From Malacoraja senta (taxonomy: Eukaryota): DNA of 64,000 nt. Position numbers and translations under genes: made by a program. A model generated the notes under the pieces. The model ran no database searches, was not told the origin of the DNA, and saw only the letters and a list, made by a program, of their open reading frames with translations. The DNA is taken from positions 124,001-188,000 of the forward strand of contig JAXLNO010001064.1 of NCBI GenBank assembly GCA_038087875.1, written 5' to 3'. This document shows, one piece after another, positions 24,896 through 38,192 of this stretch; within the stretch, counting starts at the first letter, position 1, and every line of letters starts with the position of its first letter.

Positions 24896-25732
24896 GTTAG
24901 TCATAGAGTGATACAGTGCGGAAACAGGCCCTTCGGCCCAACTTGTCCACACCGACTAACATGTCCCAGCTACACTAGACCCACCTGCCTGTGTTTGGTC
25001 CATATCCTTCCAAACTTGTCCTATCCATGTAACTGTCTAACTGTTTCTTGGGATAGTCACAGCTCAACTACCTCCTCTGACAGTTTGTTCCATACTGCCA
25101 CCACCCTCTGTGTGAACAAGTTACCCCTCAGTTTCCTTTTAAAACTTTTCCCCTTCACCTTGAACTCATGTCCTCTGGTCCTCGATCCCCCCACTCTGGG
25201 CAAGAGATTCTGTGCACCTAACTAAATTGTGTTCTATGCAAGATTCCAGCATCTGCAGTATCTTGTGTCTCCCTCACCTATATCCACCTATCACTTCTGA
25301 AGAAGGGTCTGAACCTGAAACATCACCCATTCCTTCTCCCTAGAGATGCTGCCTGTCCCGCTGAGTTACTCCAGAATTTTGTGTCCACCTGTCACTTGCC
25401 AGGCTTTGTCCAGCCCCCATCTCTCTTCCAGCTTCCTCCCCCCCACCCTCTCCACTCAGCCTGAAGAAGGGTCCTGACTCAAAACGTCATCTGTCATTTC
25501 CCTCTAAAGCAGTGGAGGAACTCAGTAGGTCAGGCCGCATCTGTAGAGGGAAAGGAATCTAAGGCGACCACTCCCTCCTCTCCTTTCCAACTTTCTCCAC
25601 CCCCCACACCAAGCAGTCTGAAGAAGGGTCCTGACCTAGAATGTTGCCTGTCCATGCTCTCCAGATGTGCAAGTTACTCCAGGAGATTGTGTCTCTCTTT
25701 GTAAACCGGCATCTGCTGTTCCTTCTTTACGT

Positions 25733-28700
25733 ACGTGAAGAGGAAAACATTAGTTAAGACCAAAGTTGGACTCTTGAAGACTGAAAAAGGTGAATTTATT
25801 ATGGGGAACAAGGAAATGGCAGATGAGTTGAACAGGTACTTTGGATCCATCTTCACTAAGGAGGACACAAACAATCTTCCTGATGTACTAGTGGCCAGAG
25901 GATCTGGGGTGACGGAGGAACTGAAGGAAATCCACATTAGGCAGGAAATGGTGTTGGATAGACTGATGGGACTGAAGGATGCAGGGCTCTCGCTTAACTT
26001 TTTTCCCCTGTTGCCAGCCGGGCAACCTTGGCAGCTTTTTAGGTTGCCAAAAGACAGTTTAGGTGGTCATTTAAGATGGCTTGCATGACTAGTGCGATAA
26101 TGTGCTCAGACGAAGGGCGTAGTTACCAGTCGGAATTATACTCAATGAAGCATTCACATATTATTTCTGCTTCAAATAAAGTCACAAACTAAACATATTC
26201 ACCAATCAAGACATGATATATCCCACAATGACATGCAGCAAAATTATAAGACAGTATCTGAACTCTTTTTACACATTGCAATTAATGCAATTACTATTAG
26301 TTCTTTCCACTTCCAAACAAAAATATGGTTGGATTATTCAGCGTATGATCAACCTGTGTCAATAAATCCTGGCCCATGGTAACATATATGCGTATGTATA
26401 GTTATGAATGTTGCTCATTAAATAACTACAGTACTGATACTCCATATTAAGAGCATTGACTTGCCGTTAAAATGAATTCTGTAATAACGTGTCAACAGTA
26501 GCAGTGACAATCGAACACTGCAGTTGTAATGTTTCACGTGTTCACAATTTAATTAATCCATCTTTATGGATTAAAACAAATAATAACATTGGGAATTAAA
26601 ACACATTTGATTGCATTCCGTTATCAAACATAGTCAATGTTCGCTCTGAAGACATTTCCTGCACAATAGGGTCAGGGAGGGGTGTGTGTGTGAATCAGTG
26701 CGGGGTGGATAAGTGGGGGGGGGGGGTTAGAAGGCAGTTGGTGCAGAATGGATGGATTGAGGCAGGTGAATTAGTACGTGTTGGTTGGAGTTGGTAAAAT
26801 TGTGAGCGGAGAGCACCAGGGATGTCAGTGGTGTTGAATGGGGGGGTTCAGTACGGGATGGATGGGGGTAGACAAAAGTGCTGGAGAAACTCAGCGGGTG
26901 AGGCAGCATCTATGGAGCGAAGGAAATAGGCTACGTTTCAGGTCGAGACCCTTCTTCAGACTTCCCCCCATTCTTCTTGAATGGGAGGATCAGTACAGGA
27001 TGGATGGGGGGGGGGAGATCAGCGCAGGATGAATGGGAGGTCAGTACAGTGGATCGGAGGGTGAGCAGGATGAATAGCGGATCACTACAGGATGAATTAC
27101 CAAGCACTTTATTTGTCCCCGAGGGGCAATTTAAACAAACAATACATTTAATCTGCACCGACCGGTCGACCGCATGAGCAGCGACCCCGCAATGGATTGG
27201 GTTGTCAGCAGCGATACAATAAAAAGAACACACAAAAAGTAACACAAACATCCACCACAGCATTCATCACTGTGGTGGAAGGCACAAAAATTTGGCCAGT
27301 CCTCCTCCATTTCCCCCCGTGGACAGGACCAGAGTCCAAGTCAGTCCAGGATCGGCTCTTCCTCACCGGAGACCGCGGCTTTAGATTGTTGTGGGCCGCA
27401 GGCCGGCGGTCAAGATTTAAGGTTCCCTGCCGCAGCCAGAAGCACCGTAGACTGCAGGGCCGGCGGTCGAAGCTCCCCTCCAGGGGTGATGGTAAGTCCA
27501 TGCCGGCCCCGCGGTAGAAGTTGGCCGCGGGCCGGCAATGATGGCTTCTTCTTCTTCCCCCGGGTCCCCCAAGAGGGATCCCGGGCTGTAGACGTCGCAC
27601 CAGCTGGAGCTTTGCAGACCGCGGCTTCAGGCTGCGACTTCAGGCTGCCGGCTGCCCCGGGCCAGCGAAACGGAGCGCTCCCCTCCAGCGAGCCCCAGCG
27701 AGGGTTCACCCGCTCCACGCCGAGAGTCCACGCTGCGCCCGCCGCTGAAGCCCGGGCACGTCTCCGGGAAAGGCCGCGCCGATCCTTGATATTAGGCCAC
27801 GGGGGAGGCGACCTGGAAAAAGTCGCCTCTCCATGGAGGAGGTGACCGAAGCGGTTTCCCCCTTACCCCCCCACACCACCCCCCACACAAGACATACAAA
27901 GAAACATTAATTACACATTTTAAAACATACTAAAAATAAAAAATAAAGTTGAAAAAACTGACGCACTGCTGACATGGCTGCTGCCAGAGCAGCGCCCCCT
28001 ACAGAGGGGAAGGGGGGGAGGTGCAGGGTAAATGGAGGGTGGGTCAGTACGGGATGAATGCGTGGATTAGTACAGGATGGATGGCAGATCAGTACAGGAT
28101 GGATGGAGGTGAAGTGCAGCATGGATGGGAAAGGGGTAAGTACAGGGTGAATTGGGGAACCAGTGTAGTATGGATGGGGGGGGGTGTGGCAGGAGAATCA
28201 ATGCGAGGTGGATAGGGTGATCAGCGCAGGATGAATAGATGGGGGGGTAGATGTGGAGGGGAGAACAGGGGATGTCAGTGAGGACTGAATAGAGGCGGGA
28301 ATGGGGATCAGTGCGGGATGGAGTGGAGGGGTCCCAGGATAAGGGGGTGGAGGGGGCGTACAAGCGAGAGGGAGAGGGGGGGCGAGGTGGGGAGGAAGGA
28401 AAGTCAGCGCTCCTCGGACAACAACGCCCCGCTGCCTTGGCCGTTGGGAACTCCTCGCCACCGCCTCCCTCCTCAGCTAGCCAACAGCAAGGTGCAGCTC
28501 AGAGACCCTATACCTATAAGATCTTTGGTGCAGCTGCTTCAAACAAGTCGGAGCGAATGACGGGCCCCGAACAGCGGCAGCAGCGGCCGCGACAGCGCCT
28601 CCATCTCCTCCTTCCGCACCCCGCCCACCCTGATCAGGGCCTCTGCTTGTAAATCCGGTAACGGCGCAAAACAAACCCTCCCGCACTCCGAGGCCTCTCC

Positions 28701-29643
28701 CTCCCTCCCTCCCGGCCTCGGCGTGCGGGAGGGTTTGTTTTGAAAGCGGTTATCGCCGTTAGCGGATTTACAAGCAGCGGCCCTTATCAGGGCGGGCGTG
28801 GGACGGGAGGAGGAGGAGATGGAGACGCTGCTGCCGCTGTTCGGGGCCCGTCATTCGCTCCGACCCTTCGTCACCTCGCACCTCTTATCTTTGCCCCGCA
28901 CGGCCGCCGCCGCCGACACAAAACATCGCGTTCCTTTTCTCCAGAGATGCTGCCTGACCCGTGGAGTTACTCCAGTTTTTTGTGTCTATCTTTGGTACAA
29001 ACCAGTATCTGGTTGCCAAGCCGGGCAAAATAACTCGGTGTTTATGTTGCCCGGCGGCGCTTTGAGTGGTCAGTGGCACCTGGGCAACCTCTAATTTCGA
29101 GCCCTGGGATGATAAATCCCCTGGGCCTGATGGTCTGCATCCCAGAGTACTTAAGGAAGTGGCTCTAGAAATTGTGGACACATTGGTGATCATTTTCCAA
29201 TGTTCCATAGATTCAGGATCAGTTGCTGTGGATTGGAGGGTAGCTAATGTTATCCCACTTTTTAAGAAAGGCGGGAGAGAGAAAACAGGGAATTATAGAC
29301 CAGTTAGCCTGACATCGGTGGTGGGCAAGATGCTGGAGTCAATTATAAAAGATGAGATAGCCGAACATTTGGATAGCAGTAACAGGATCGGTGCAATTCA
29401 GCATGGATTTATGAAGGGGAAATCATGCTTGACTAATCTTCTGGAATTTTTTGAGGCTGTAACTAGGAAAATGGACAAGGGAGAGCCAGTGGATGTAGTG
29501 TACCTGGACTTTCAGAAAGCATTTGATAAGGTCCCACATAGGAGATTAGTGGGCAAATTTAGGGCAAAGGGCATTGTGGGTAGAGTGCTGACATGGATAG
29601 AAAATTGGTTGGCAGACAGGAAACACAGAGTAGGGATTAACGG
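25733..29643 (+). mobile_element. CR1 ORF2 internal fragment split into 25733-25981 and 29107-29643 by a DNA transposon
   Basis: ...VLDRLMGLK joins DDKSPGPDGLHPRVLKE...NYRPVSLTS...QHGF...YLDFQKAFDKV when 25982-29111 is removed. Confidence 0.9.
25982..29106. mobile_element. 3.1-kb non-autonomous hAT-like DNA transposon with 5-bp TSD (hAT5-like), carrying nested repeats
   Basis: Termini CAGGGCTC.../...GAGCCCTG; GGATG duplicated at 25977-25981 and 29107-29111; GGTTGCC/GGGCAA subterminal motifs at both ends; no transposase ORF. Confidence 0.8.
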
Positions 29644-30462
29644 GCCACATAGACTGGGAAACATATTCTGTAAAAGGGCTGGATGGTTTGGAGTTTGTAA
29701 AATGTGTGCAGGATAGATTTTTGCAGCAATACATAATAATAATAATAATAATAATAATAAGTTTATTTATATAGCACATTTTCCAATTGATTTGAATCAA
29801 AAGCCAAAGTGCTTTACAGTTACTAACCATACAAATAATAAAAAGAGATAGAAAAAATGACAACACACTATAAGAGATTTTACACAAACACGAACATCCC
29901 CCCACAGTAGAATCTCCACTCTCCACTGTGAGGGAAGGCACCAAAATGTCCAGTCCTCCTCCTCCTCCTAGTCCACCCGAGGTCGGGGCCAGTTTGAGGC
30001 CACTGCAGCCAGTCGCCGCAACGGCAGCCCGATGTTGTTTGCCCACCCGCATCGGGTGGAAAAGTCCTCAGCAGCTTGGAAATGTCTGGAGCGGCCGCTC
30101 CTTCCCCGGAGACTGCGACGCCCGTGGATTTCAGGCCGCGCCGGTTGGAGCCTCGACTCCGCGGTGTCGCCCTCAAACCGCAGACCGCAGACTGCGGCTG
30201 CCCGATGTTGGTGGTCGGCGGCCACAGCACTCCGGAGCGGCGACCCGGCAAGGCATCGCCCGCTCCCTGCTGATGTCCCAGCGCTGTGCCGCCGAAGCTG
30301 TGGTCCCCGGCAGGAAACGCCGTTCCAGCCCGATGGAAGGCCGCATGGGGAGACCGGAGACGCGATTTGGAGGAAAACCGCATCTCTGACCAGGTAGGAC
30401 TGGGGTTAAAACAGTTCCCCCCCCCCACATAGAAAGAATAGATACATCCGCCATCTTGGAAT

Positions 30463-30930
30463 GGGGTACCTACTAGAGAAGGGGCAGTGCTGGACCTCCT
30501 GTTAGGAAATGAGACAGGTCAGTTGACAGGTGTGTTGGGGAGCACTTCCGGTCCAGTGATCACAATACCATTAGTTTCAATATAATTATGGAGAAGGTCA
30601 GAACTGGATCTCCCGGTTCCCAACCATTTTAACTCCCCTTCCTACTCCCACACTGATGTATCTGTCCTGGGCCTCCTCCATTGCCAGAGTGAGGTGACAC
30701 GCAAACTGGAGGAACAGCACCTCATAGCTTACAGCCCAATGACATGAACATTGAATTCTTCAAATTAAGGAAACTTCCCCCTCCTAATCAAGTCCTGGAG
30801 TCTGTCCCAACCGCATCTCTTTTTTCCAGCTTTCTCCCCCGACTCCATCAGTCCAAAGAAGGATCCAGACCCGACACGTCACCTGTCCATTCCCCTCCAA
30901 AGTGCCGGTAGTACTCAGCAGGTCAGCCAT
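30463..30930 (+). mobile_element. CR1 endonuclease fragment followed by a Penelope GIY-YIG C-terminal fragment
   Basis: PTREGAVLDLLLGNE...SSDHNTISF, then HFNSPSYSHTDVSVLGLLHCQSEVTRKLEEQHLI...MNIEF. Confidence 0.7.
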
Positions 30931-31922
30931 CCGTGGTGAGAACTTTGGCCCTTCCAGCCATCACCGCCATTCAATGTGATTCCGCTGTGTGGATGTTTAT
31001 GTTAGATTTTATTTTATGTGGCTGTGTGTCTTGTTGCTATTTACTCAGTATGGCTGTATGGTAACTCAAATATCACTGTACCATAATTGGTGCATGTGAC
31101 AATAAATTCCAACTTGAACTTGATCAGCTTTTGTCTATATATTAAAAAAAGGATAATGCAGACTGATCGTGCACAATTGTGACGGCTTGATTTCAAACAC
31201 AGGACAGGACAGGGACATTCCCTGAGGGATTCGCGTGGTTGGAAGAGGTTTCGTCTGTGTTTTTCCCCTCGGTTGTTGTCCGGGGAGGAAGGCGGCAGGA
31301 CTCGGCCCGTCGGGGCTAGGATGCGCGGGAGGAAGGCTGAGCTTGGATTGAGGCTTGGAAGGTTGAGCTCGTCTCCCCTGCCCCGACCCGCATCTGGTCC
31401 ACCACGGAGGGGGAAGCGAGCAAACTCCACACGGACAGCGTCGGTGGTCGCCCTACCCGGCGACATGCCCTTCGGCCCCTCTTGTCCGTGCTACCTCGGG
31501 CTTTCTGCAACACAATCTTCCACTGTTCTGCACTGGATATTGCATTTATTGCGTTTGTCATCACTGTATGTACACTGTTTGCTCTGGCGGCTGCGTGTGA
31601 ACGGGAGATTTCATCGTCTCCCGATCGATGTGCAGAACAACTAACTAATGAAGCATCTGGAACACAGTTCTCCTGGGTTGCTGCAGGCTGAAGCATCAAA
31701 CTACTACCCTGTTGAGCCCCGTCAGTCCCACAGCACAGAAACACACAGCTATGCCTTTCGAAGCTAGTCCCACATGCCTACGTCTGGCCCCTCACCCTCT
31801 CTGCCTTTCCCATTCATGCCTTTAGAAAGGAGATGAGGAGGAATTTCTTTAGCCAGAGGGTGGTGAATCTGTGGAATTCATTGCCACAGAGGGTGGTGGA
31901 GACCAAGTCACCGGGTATTGTT

Positions 31923-32216
31923 TAGATTTTAGAGATACTGCGCGGAAACAGGCCCTTCGTCCCATCGAGTCATCGCCGACCAGTGATCACCCCGTACACT
32001 TGCTCCATCCTACACACATTAGGGACAATTTTACAGAAGCCAATTAACCTACAAACCAGCAGGTCTTTGGAACGCGGAAGGAAACCGGAGCACCCGGAGA
32101 AAACCCACGCAGGTCACGGGGAGAACGTGCAAACTCCATAAAAACAGCACCCGTATTCAGGATGGAACCCGGGTCTCTGGCGCTGTGAGGCAGCAACTCT
32201 ACCGCTGCACCACTGT
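31923..32216 (-). mobile_element. HE1/V-SINE-type SINE
   Basis: Same family as 6325-6638. Confidence 0.8.
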
Positions 32217-32440
32217 GTATTTTTGCTATCTATCATTTCATTTATTACTCACACCAGCAGAGTTGTGCACAAATGGTTCACATTAATAATGTCAATCTGA
32301 GGGGCAACGTTTCCACACAGAGGGTGGTGGGTGTATGGAATGAGCTGCTGGAGGAGGTAGTTGAGGCTGGGACTATCACAACGTTTAAGAGACACTTGGA
32401 TAGGACAGGTTTGGAGGGACATGGGCCAAACGCGGGCAGG

Positions 32441-33120
32441 TGGGACTAGTGTAGATGGGGCATGTTGGTCGGGGTGGGACTAGTGTAGATGGGGCATGTT
32501 GGTCGGGGTGGGACTAGTGTAGATAGGGCATGTTGGTCAGGGTGGGACTAGTGTAGATGGGGCATGTTGGTCGGGGTGGGACTAGTGTAGATGGGGCATG
32601 TTGGTCGGGGTGGGACTAGTGGATTTGGGGCATGTTGGTCGGGGTGGGACTAGTGTAGATGGGGCATGTTGGTCGGGGTGGGACTAGTGTAGATGGGGCA
32701 TGTTGGTCGGGGTGGGACTAGTGTAGATGGGGCATGTTGGTCAGGGTGGGACTAGTGTAGATGGGGCATGTTGGTCGGGGTGGGACTAGTGTAGATGGGG
32801 CATGTTGGTCGGGGTGGGACTAGTGGAGTTGGGGCATGTTGGTCGGGGTGGGACTAGTGTAGATGGGGCATGTTGGTTGGGGTGGGACTAGTGTAGATGG
32901 GGCATGTTGGTCGGGGTGGGACTAGTGTAGATGGGGCATGTTGGTCGGGGTGGGACTAGTGTAGATGGGGCATGTTGGTCGGCGTGGGACTGGTGTAGAT
33001 GTGGCATGTTGGTCGGGGTGGGACTAGTGTAGATGGGGCATGTTGGTCGGGGTGGGACTAGTGTAGATGGGGCATGTTGGTCGGGGTGGGACTAGTGTAG
33101 ATGGGGCGTGTTGGTCGGTG
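32441..33120 (+). repeat. 34-bp minisatellite, 20 units, amplified from a CR1 3-prime UTR
   Basis: Unit TGGGACTAGTGTAGATGGGGCATGTTGGTCGGGG; CR1 tail sequence continues on both sides. Confidence 0.93.
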
Positions 33121-33156
33121 TGGGCAAGTTTGGCCGAAGGAAGGGCCTGTTTCCAT

Positions 33157-34090
33157 GCAAGGTCATGACCCCGAGGGACATTGGTGTCAAGGGTCACGGT
33201 GGAGGGAATGTTCTGACCTATTCTAATGTCTGAGAAGTGAATAGTGATGATTTGTTAATTCATCATGGCTGAAGCAGGTGGGCTCACTTCTGACTAGACT
33301 TTACTGTGGACATTTAAACAGGAAAAGTAAACTTTCTTTGTTAACAATGAATGACCCAGAGAAAGGAGAATGTTACTCTTGGAAGTTCATAGAGTCATCT
33401 TAGAGTTCATAGAGTTCTATAGACTGGATAGACTCGGCTTGTACTCGCTGGAATTTAGAAGATTGAGGGGGGATCTTATAGAAACTTACAACATTCTTAA
33501 GGGGTTGGACAGGCTAGATGCAGGATGATTGTTCCTGATGTTGGGGAAATCCAGAACAAGGGGTCACAGTTTAAGGATAAATGGGAAATCTTTTAGGACC
33601 GAGATATGAAAAAAAATTTGTACACAGAGAGTGGTGAATCTGTTGAATTCTCTGCCACAGAAGGTAGTTGAGGCCAGTTCATTGGCTATATTTAAGAGGG
33701 AGTTAGATGTGGCCCTTGTGGCTAAAGGGATCAGGGGTTATGGAGAGAAAGCAGGTACAGGATACTGAGTTGGATGATCAGCCATGATCATATTGAATGG
33801 CGGTGCAGGCTCGAAGGGCCGAATGGCCTACCCCTGCACCTATTTCCTATGTTTCTATGAACTTCCAAGAGTAACATTCTCCTTTCTCTGGGTCATTCAT
33901 TGTTAATAAAGAAAGTTTACTTTTCCTGTTTAAATGTCCACAGTAAAGTCTAGTCAGAAGTGAGCCCACCTGCTTCAGCCAGGATGAATTAACAAATCAT
34001 CACTATTCACTTCTCAGACGTTAGAATTGTTCAGAACATTCCCACCACCGTGACCCTTGACACCAATGTCCCTCGGGGTCATGACCTTGC
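33157..34090. repeat. 237-bp inverted repeat (33157-33393 / 33854-34090) enclosing a CR1 3-prime fragment
   Basis: The arms are reverse complements with only a few mismatches; the spacer is CR1 (about 33420-33853). Confidence 0.92.
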
Positions 34091-34909
34091 CACCCACAAC
34101 TTGTGGCCGGATCTCAGTCCAATGGGATCCAGACGTCCGTCCACTGGTCAGAACAGTATTTCAGCCACATGAGCAGCAAAGATGAGATAGAATATGGGAA
34201 AGACATTGTGAACCTTCTGTCCTGAAGGGCCGAATGGCCTGCTCCTGCACCTATGGTCAGGATAACAATCCATCCCTCAACATCAGCAAGACAAAAGAGT
34301 TAGCGTTTACAAGAACGATCCCAGGAATGAGTGAGTTAACGTACGATGAGCGTTTGTCGGCGCTGGGCCTGTACTCGCTGGAGTTTAGAAGATTGGGTGG
34401 GGGGGGGGGGAGGTGGGAACCTCATTGAAACTTCACTGAACAGTGAAAGGCCCGGATAGAGTGGATGTTTCCACTAGTGGGAGAGTCTAGGACCAGAGGG
34501 CACAGCCTCAGAATTAAAGGACGTTCCTTTAGGAAGGAGACTAGGAGGAATTTCTTTAGCCAGAGGGTGGTGAATCTGTGGGATTCGTTGCCACAGATGG
34601 CGGTGGAGGCCACAAGTCAGTGGATATATTTAAGGCAGAGATAGATAGATTGTTGTTTAGTGTGGGTGTCAGGGGTTATGGCGAGAAGGCAGAATGGGGT
34701 TAGGAGGGAGAGATAGATCAGCCATGATTAAATGGTGGGGTAGACTCGATGGGCTGAATGGCCTAATTCTGATACTGTGTGTTATGGTCGTCTCTGACTT
34801 AAGGAAATACAAGCAGCCACTTTATGCAAAGAGCAACAAGTCGGAGGGCAATAATTGTCCCGCAGACAACTACTGCCCCAGGTGGATTTCATGATGTGTG
34901 CAACAAACA

Positions 34910-35248
34910 TTGATTGGGCATTGGTGGGCGAAGGGTTAATGTGATAATTGGCTTGATTGAAGCTGATTAGAAAATCGTCAGCTGCTGTGTATAAAAGGGG
35001 GGAGTTGTGGGAGTGTCTGAGTGCAGTTGTACTGGGCTGTGGATGGGGGAAGTGGTCCTGGGCTGTGGATGGGGGCAGTGGTCCTGGGCTGTGGATGGGG
35101 GCAGTGGTCCTGGGCTGTGGATGGGGGCAGTGGTCCTGGGCTGTGGATGGGGGCAGTGGTCCTGGGCTGTGAATGGGAGCAGTGCTCAGGGTAGAGACAG
35201 GGAGTCTCCCCTTGTGTCTGATGTGGATCTACATCTCCACGGCATGAG
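34910..35248 (+). promoter_or_regulatory. Candidate Pol II promoter and first exon (three ATTGG boxes, TATAAAAG at 34990, 26-bp repeat x5, donor at 35249)
   Basis: Motif order seen directly; no downstream coding exons identified. Confidence 0.3.
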
Positions 35249-35729
35249 GTAGGTGAGAACACTACAGCTCTCTACTGAATTGTGTTTGCTTCTTTGATTA
35301 ATTCTGCTGACTTTTCCTTTCAATTGTTATCATTTGAAGTGTCCAGGGTTTTTAATGACTTTTTCTGGTCCAACTGGAATTGTGCTGTTTCTGTGCTGTA
35401 TCTCCGAAATAAATGACGTTTCTACTAGTGGGAGAGTCTCGGACCAGAGGGCAGAATGACAGAATAAAAGGATGTATCTTTACTAAAGTGATGATACCCT
35501 AACCTTATCACAACTGAAATTGAATCTGGCTGATGTACAAAGTAGAAACCAAGCCCTGTAGATGCTGGTTTATACCAAAGGTGGACACATTGCTGGAGTA
35601 ACTGAGTGGGTCAGGCAGCATCTCTGAAGAAATACTAGATTTTGGGATGGAATAGAAGGGTTCTTACCCAAAATATCACATCGTTGGTGCCTGACCTGCT
35701 GAGTTTCTCCAGCACTCTTATCATGGTCT

Positions 35730-36790
35730 CCTCTATATCCCGCAGCTCTGCTCTTACTCCCCATCCCCCTACTCGTAACAAGGACAGAGTCCCCCATGTG
35801 CCCCATTGCAGGTACAGCAGGCAGTGAAGAAAGCGAATGGCATGTTGGCCTTTATAACAAGAGGAATTGAATATAGGAGCAAAGAGGTCCTTCTGCAGTT
35901 GTACAGGGCCCTAGTGAGACCACCCCTGGAGTATTGTGTGCAGTTTGGCCCCCTAATTTGAGGAAGGGCATTCTTGTTATTGAGGGAGCCCAGCGTAGGT
36001 TCACCAGGTTAATTCCCGGGATGGCGGGACTGTCATATGCTGAGAGAATGGAGCATCTGGACTTGTACACTCTGGAGTTTAGAAGGATGAGAGGGAATCT
36101 CATTGAAACATATAATATTGTTAAGGGCTTGGACACACTGGAGGCAGGAAACATGTTCCCGATGTCGGGGGAGTCCAGAACCAGGGGCCACAGTTTAAGA
36201 ATAAGGAGTAAGCTATTTAGAATGGAGACGAGGAAACACTATTTCTCACAGAGAGTGGTGAGTCAGTGGAATTTTCTGCCTCAGAGGGCGGTGGAGGCAG
36301 GTTCTCTGGATACTTTCAAGAAGGAGCTGGATAGGGCTCTTAAAAATTGCGGAGTCGGGGGATATGGGGAGAAGGCAGGAACGGGTACTGATTGGGGATG
36401 ATCAGCCATGATCACATTGAATGGCGGTGCTGGCTCAAAGGGCCAAATGGCATCTACTCCTGCACCTATTGTCTATTGTCTATTGTCCTCACCTTCCACC
36501 CTACGAGCCGTCACATACAACAGATAATCCTCTGAGATTTTTGCCACCTCTAACGGGATCCCACCACCTGCCTCATCTTCCCATTCTCCAATTTCAGTTA
36601 GTCCTTATTTTCTCCCTCCTTCCCCTTCCCTTCCTAGCTCTCCCACAGCCTACTGTCTCTGCCTCTTCCTTTCTTTTTTCCGCCCCCACCACCCCAACTT
36701 CAGTCTGAAGAAGGGTCTCGACCTGAAACGTCATCTATTCCTTCTCTCCATAGATGCTGCCTCACCTGCTGAGTTACTGCAGCATTTTTG
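35730..36790 (+). mobile_element. Penelope fragment interrupted by a CR1 3-prime fragment (about 35806-36480)
   Basis: SRSSALTPHPPTRNKDRVP before and LTFHPTSRHIQQIIL after the CR1; terminal hammerhead-like motif at 36703-36732. Confidence 0.75.
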
Positions 36791-38192
36791 TCAACCTTCG
36801 ATTTTTCCAGCATCTGCAATTCTTTCTTAATCTACACGGTGGGAGTGTTGACCACAAATTGGAGCGACTTGTTATGTGAATTCACTGCACATTGGGAGCG
36901 CTGTCTACAAATTAGATATTGTGCTCTTTACTGCAGAATGGTTCTTTATTGCTCTGTGACCCTTTACCTTTCCCCGTAATGCACCCATTGCACAGATGCC
37001 AAATTTAGTAAAAACCCTGAAACCAGGGAAGATTTGGGATGAAAATCAAGGAACTGCAGGTGCTGATTTACAAAAAAAGGCACAAAGTGCTGGAGTAGCT
37101 CAGCGGGTCAGGCAGCATCTGTGGGGAACATGAATAGGTGACGTTTCACAGAGTGCTGGAGTAACTCAGCGGGTCAGGCAGCATCTGTGGAGAACATGGA
37201 TCGGTGACATTTCACAGACCGCTGGAGTAACTCAGCGGGTCACGTTTGATGCCCATAGTAAGAGTTACAGCATTGGGCAGCTCATTCAGGGAGTTCACTG
37301 TTTTGTGAAGTGTTGTCTTTGATATAGCTGGCATGTTGCTGTGCCAGTTTGATTATGAAAATAGTCAATGTGTTCTTCTACCCTGTAGGATTCACTACTG
37401 CAGACACATTGTAATTTCACTGAACCTTAATTGGTACATGTGATGATAAAATGACCTTGAAACATTGGGCCTAGAGTTATTTTTCCAGGCCCTGTCCACC
37501 CAGTGTTTGATATTTTGAGGTGAATGTAATATTTTCTCACCTGCTGCTGTTTCTCCCTCTACAGTTATTCTACTTGTTTCTGGTTGATGTGCGAAGGTCT
37601 TTAGAGATCTTCTAATGTCCCCAGTTTTCTATGGTTTGTGATATATGGGCTTTGTCAACTTGCTGTTCCAAGTACTGCTTGTGATAGAGGGTGTGATCAA
37701 GGATGTCAGGAGATTTCAATCATTAAAGTGATTTTATTTTGCGATAACGAAGTCTATCTAATCTAGTCTTTGTGGAGATGGTATGAAGATAAGGCCCTTG
37801 TTTAGACCCTCTCGTGGTTTCAATGGGGATAAATCTTTGAGAAAGATTAACAATGTCCTTTCCTAATTGCTTTGTGGTCACGTTCCTTGTATTTCAGGGT
37901 GCTGGAATGTTGAGCAGAAGTGCTGGAGGAACTCTGAGGGTCAGGCAGCATCTGTGGGGGAAATAGACAGATGGTATTTTGGGTTGGAAACCTACAGAAT
38001 GGAGTAGGGGGAGAAAGATGGAAAGTGGGGGTGGGACAAAGCCTGGCATGTGGGGGTGGATGGTTGGCAGATGGATGGAATAAGTAACAAAGGCCAGAGG
38101 TGAAAGTGATAAAACATGTTGGATAAGAAGGGTAGAGGTGTGGAAGATGAAGCCAGAGGGAGGTTTATGGGTGAATGGGACATGGGAGACTA

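Noticed and set aside
27197-30454. Multiple overlapping Arg/Pro/Ala-rich ORFs
   Set aside because: They arise from CpG-rich non-autonomous repeats with few stop codons; no domain signature.
32441-33120. CRISPR-like array
   Set aside because: Units are contiguous with no unique spacers, derive from a CR1 tail, and the DNA is eukaryotic.
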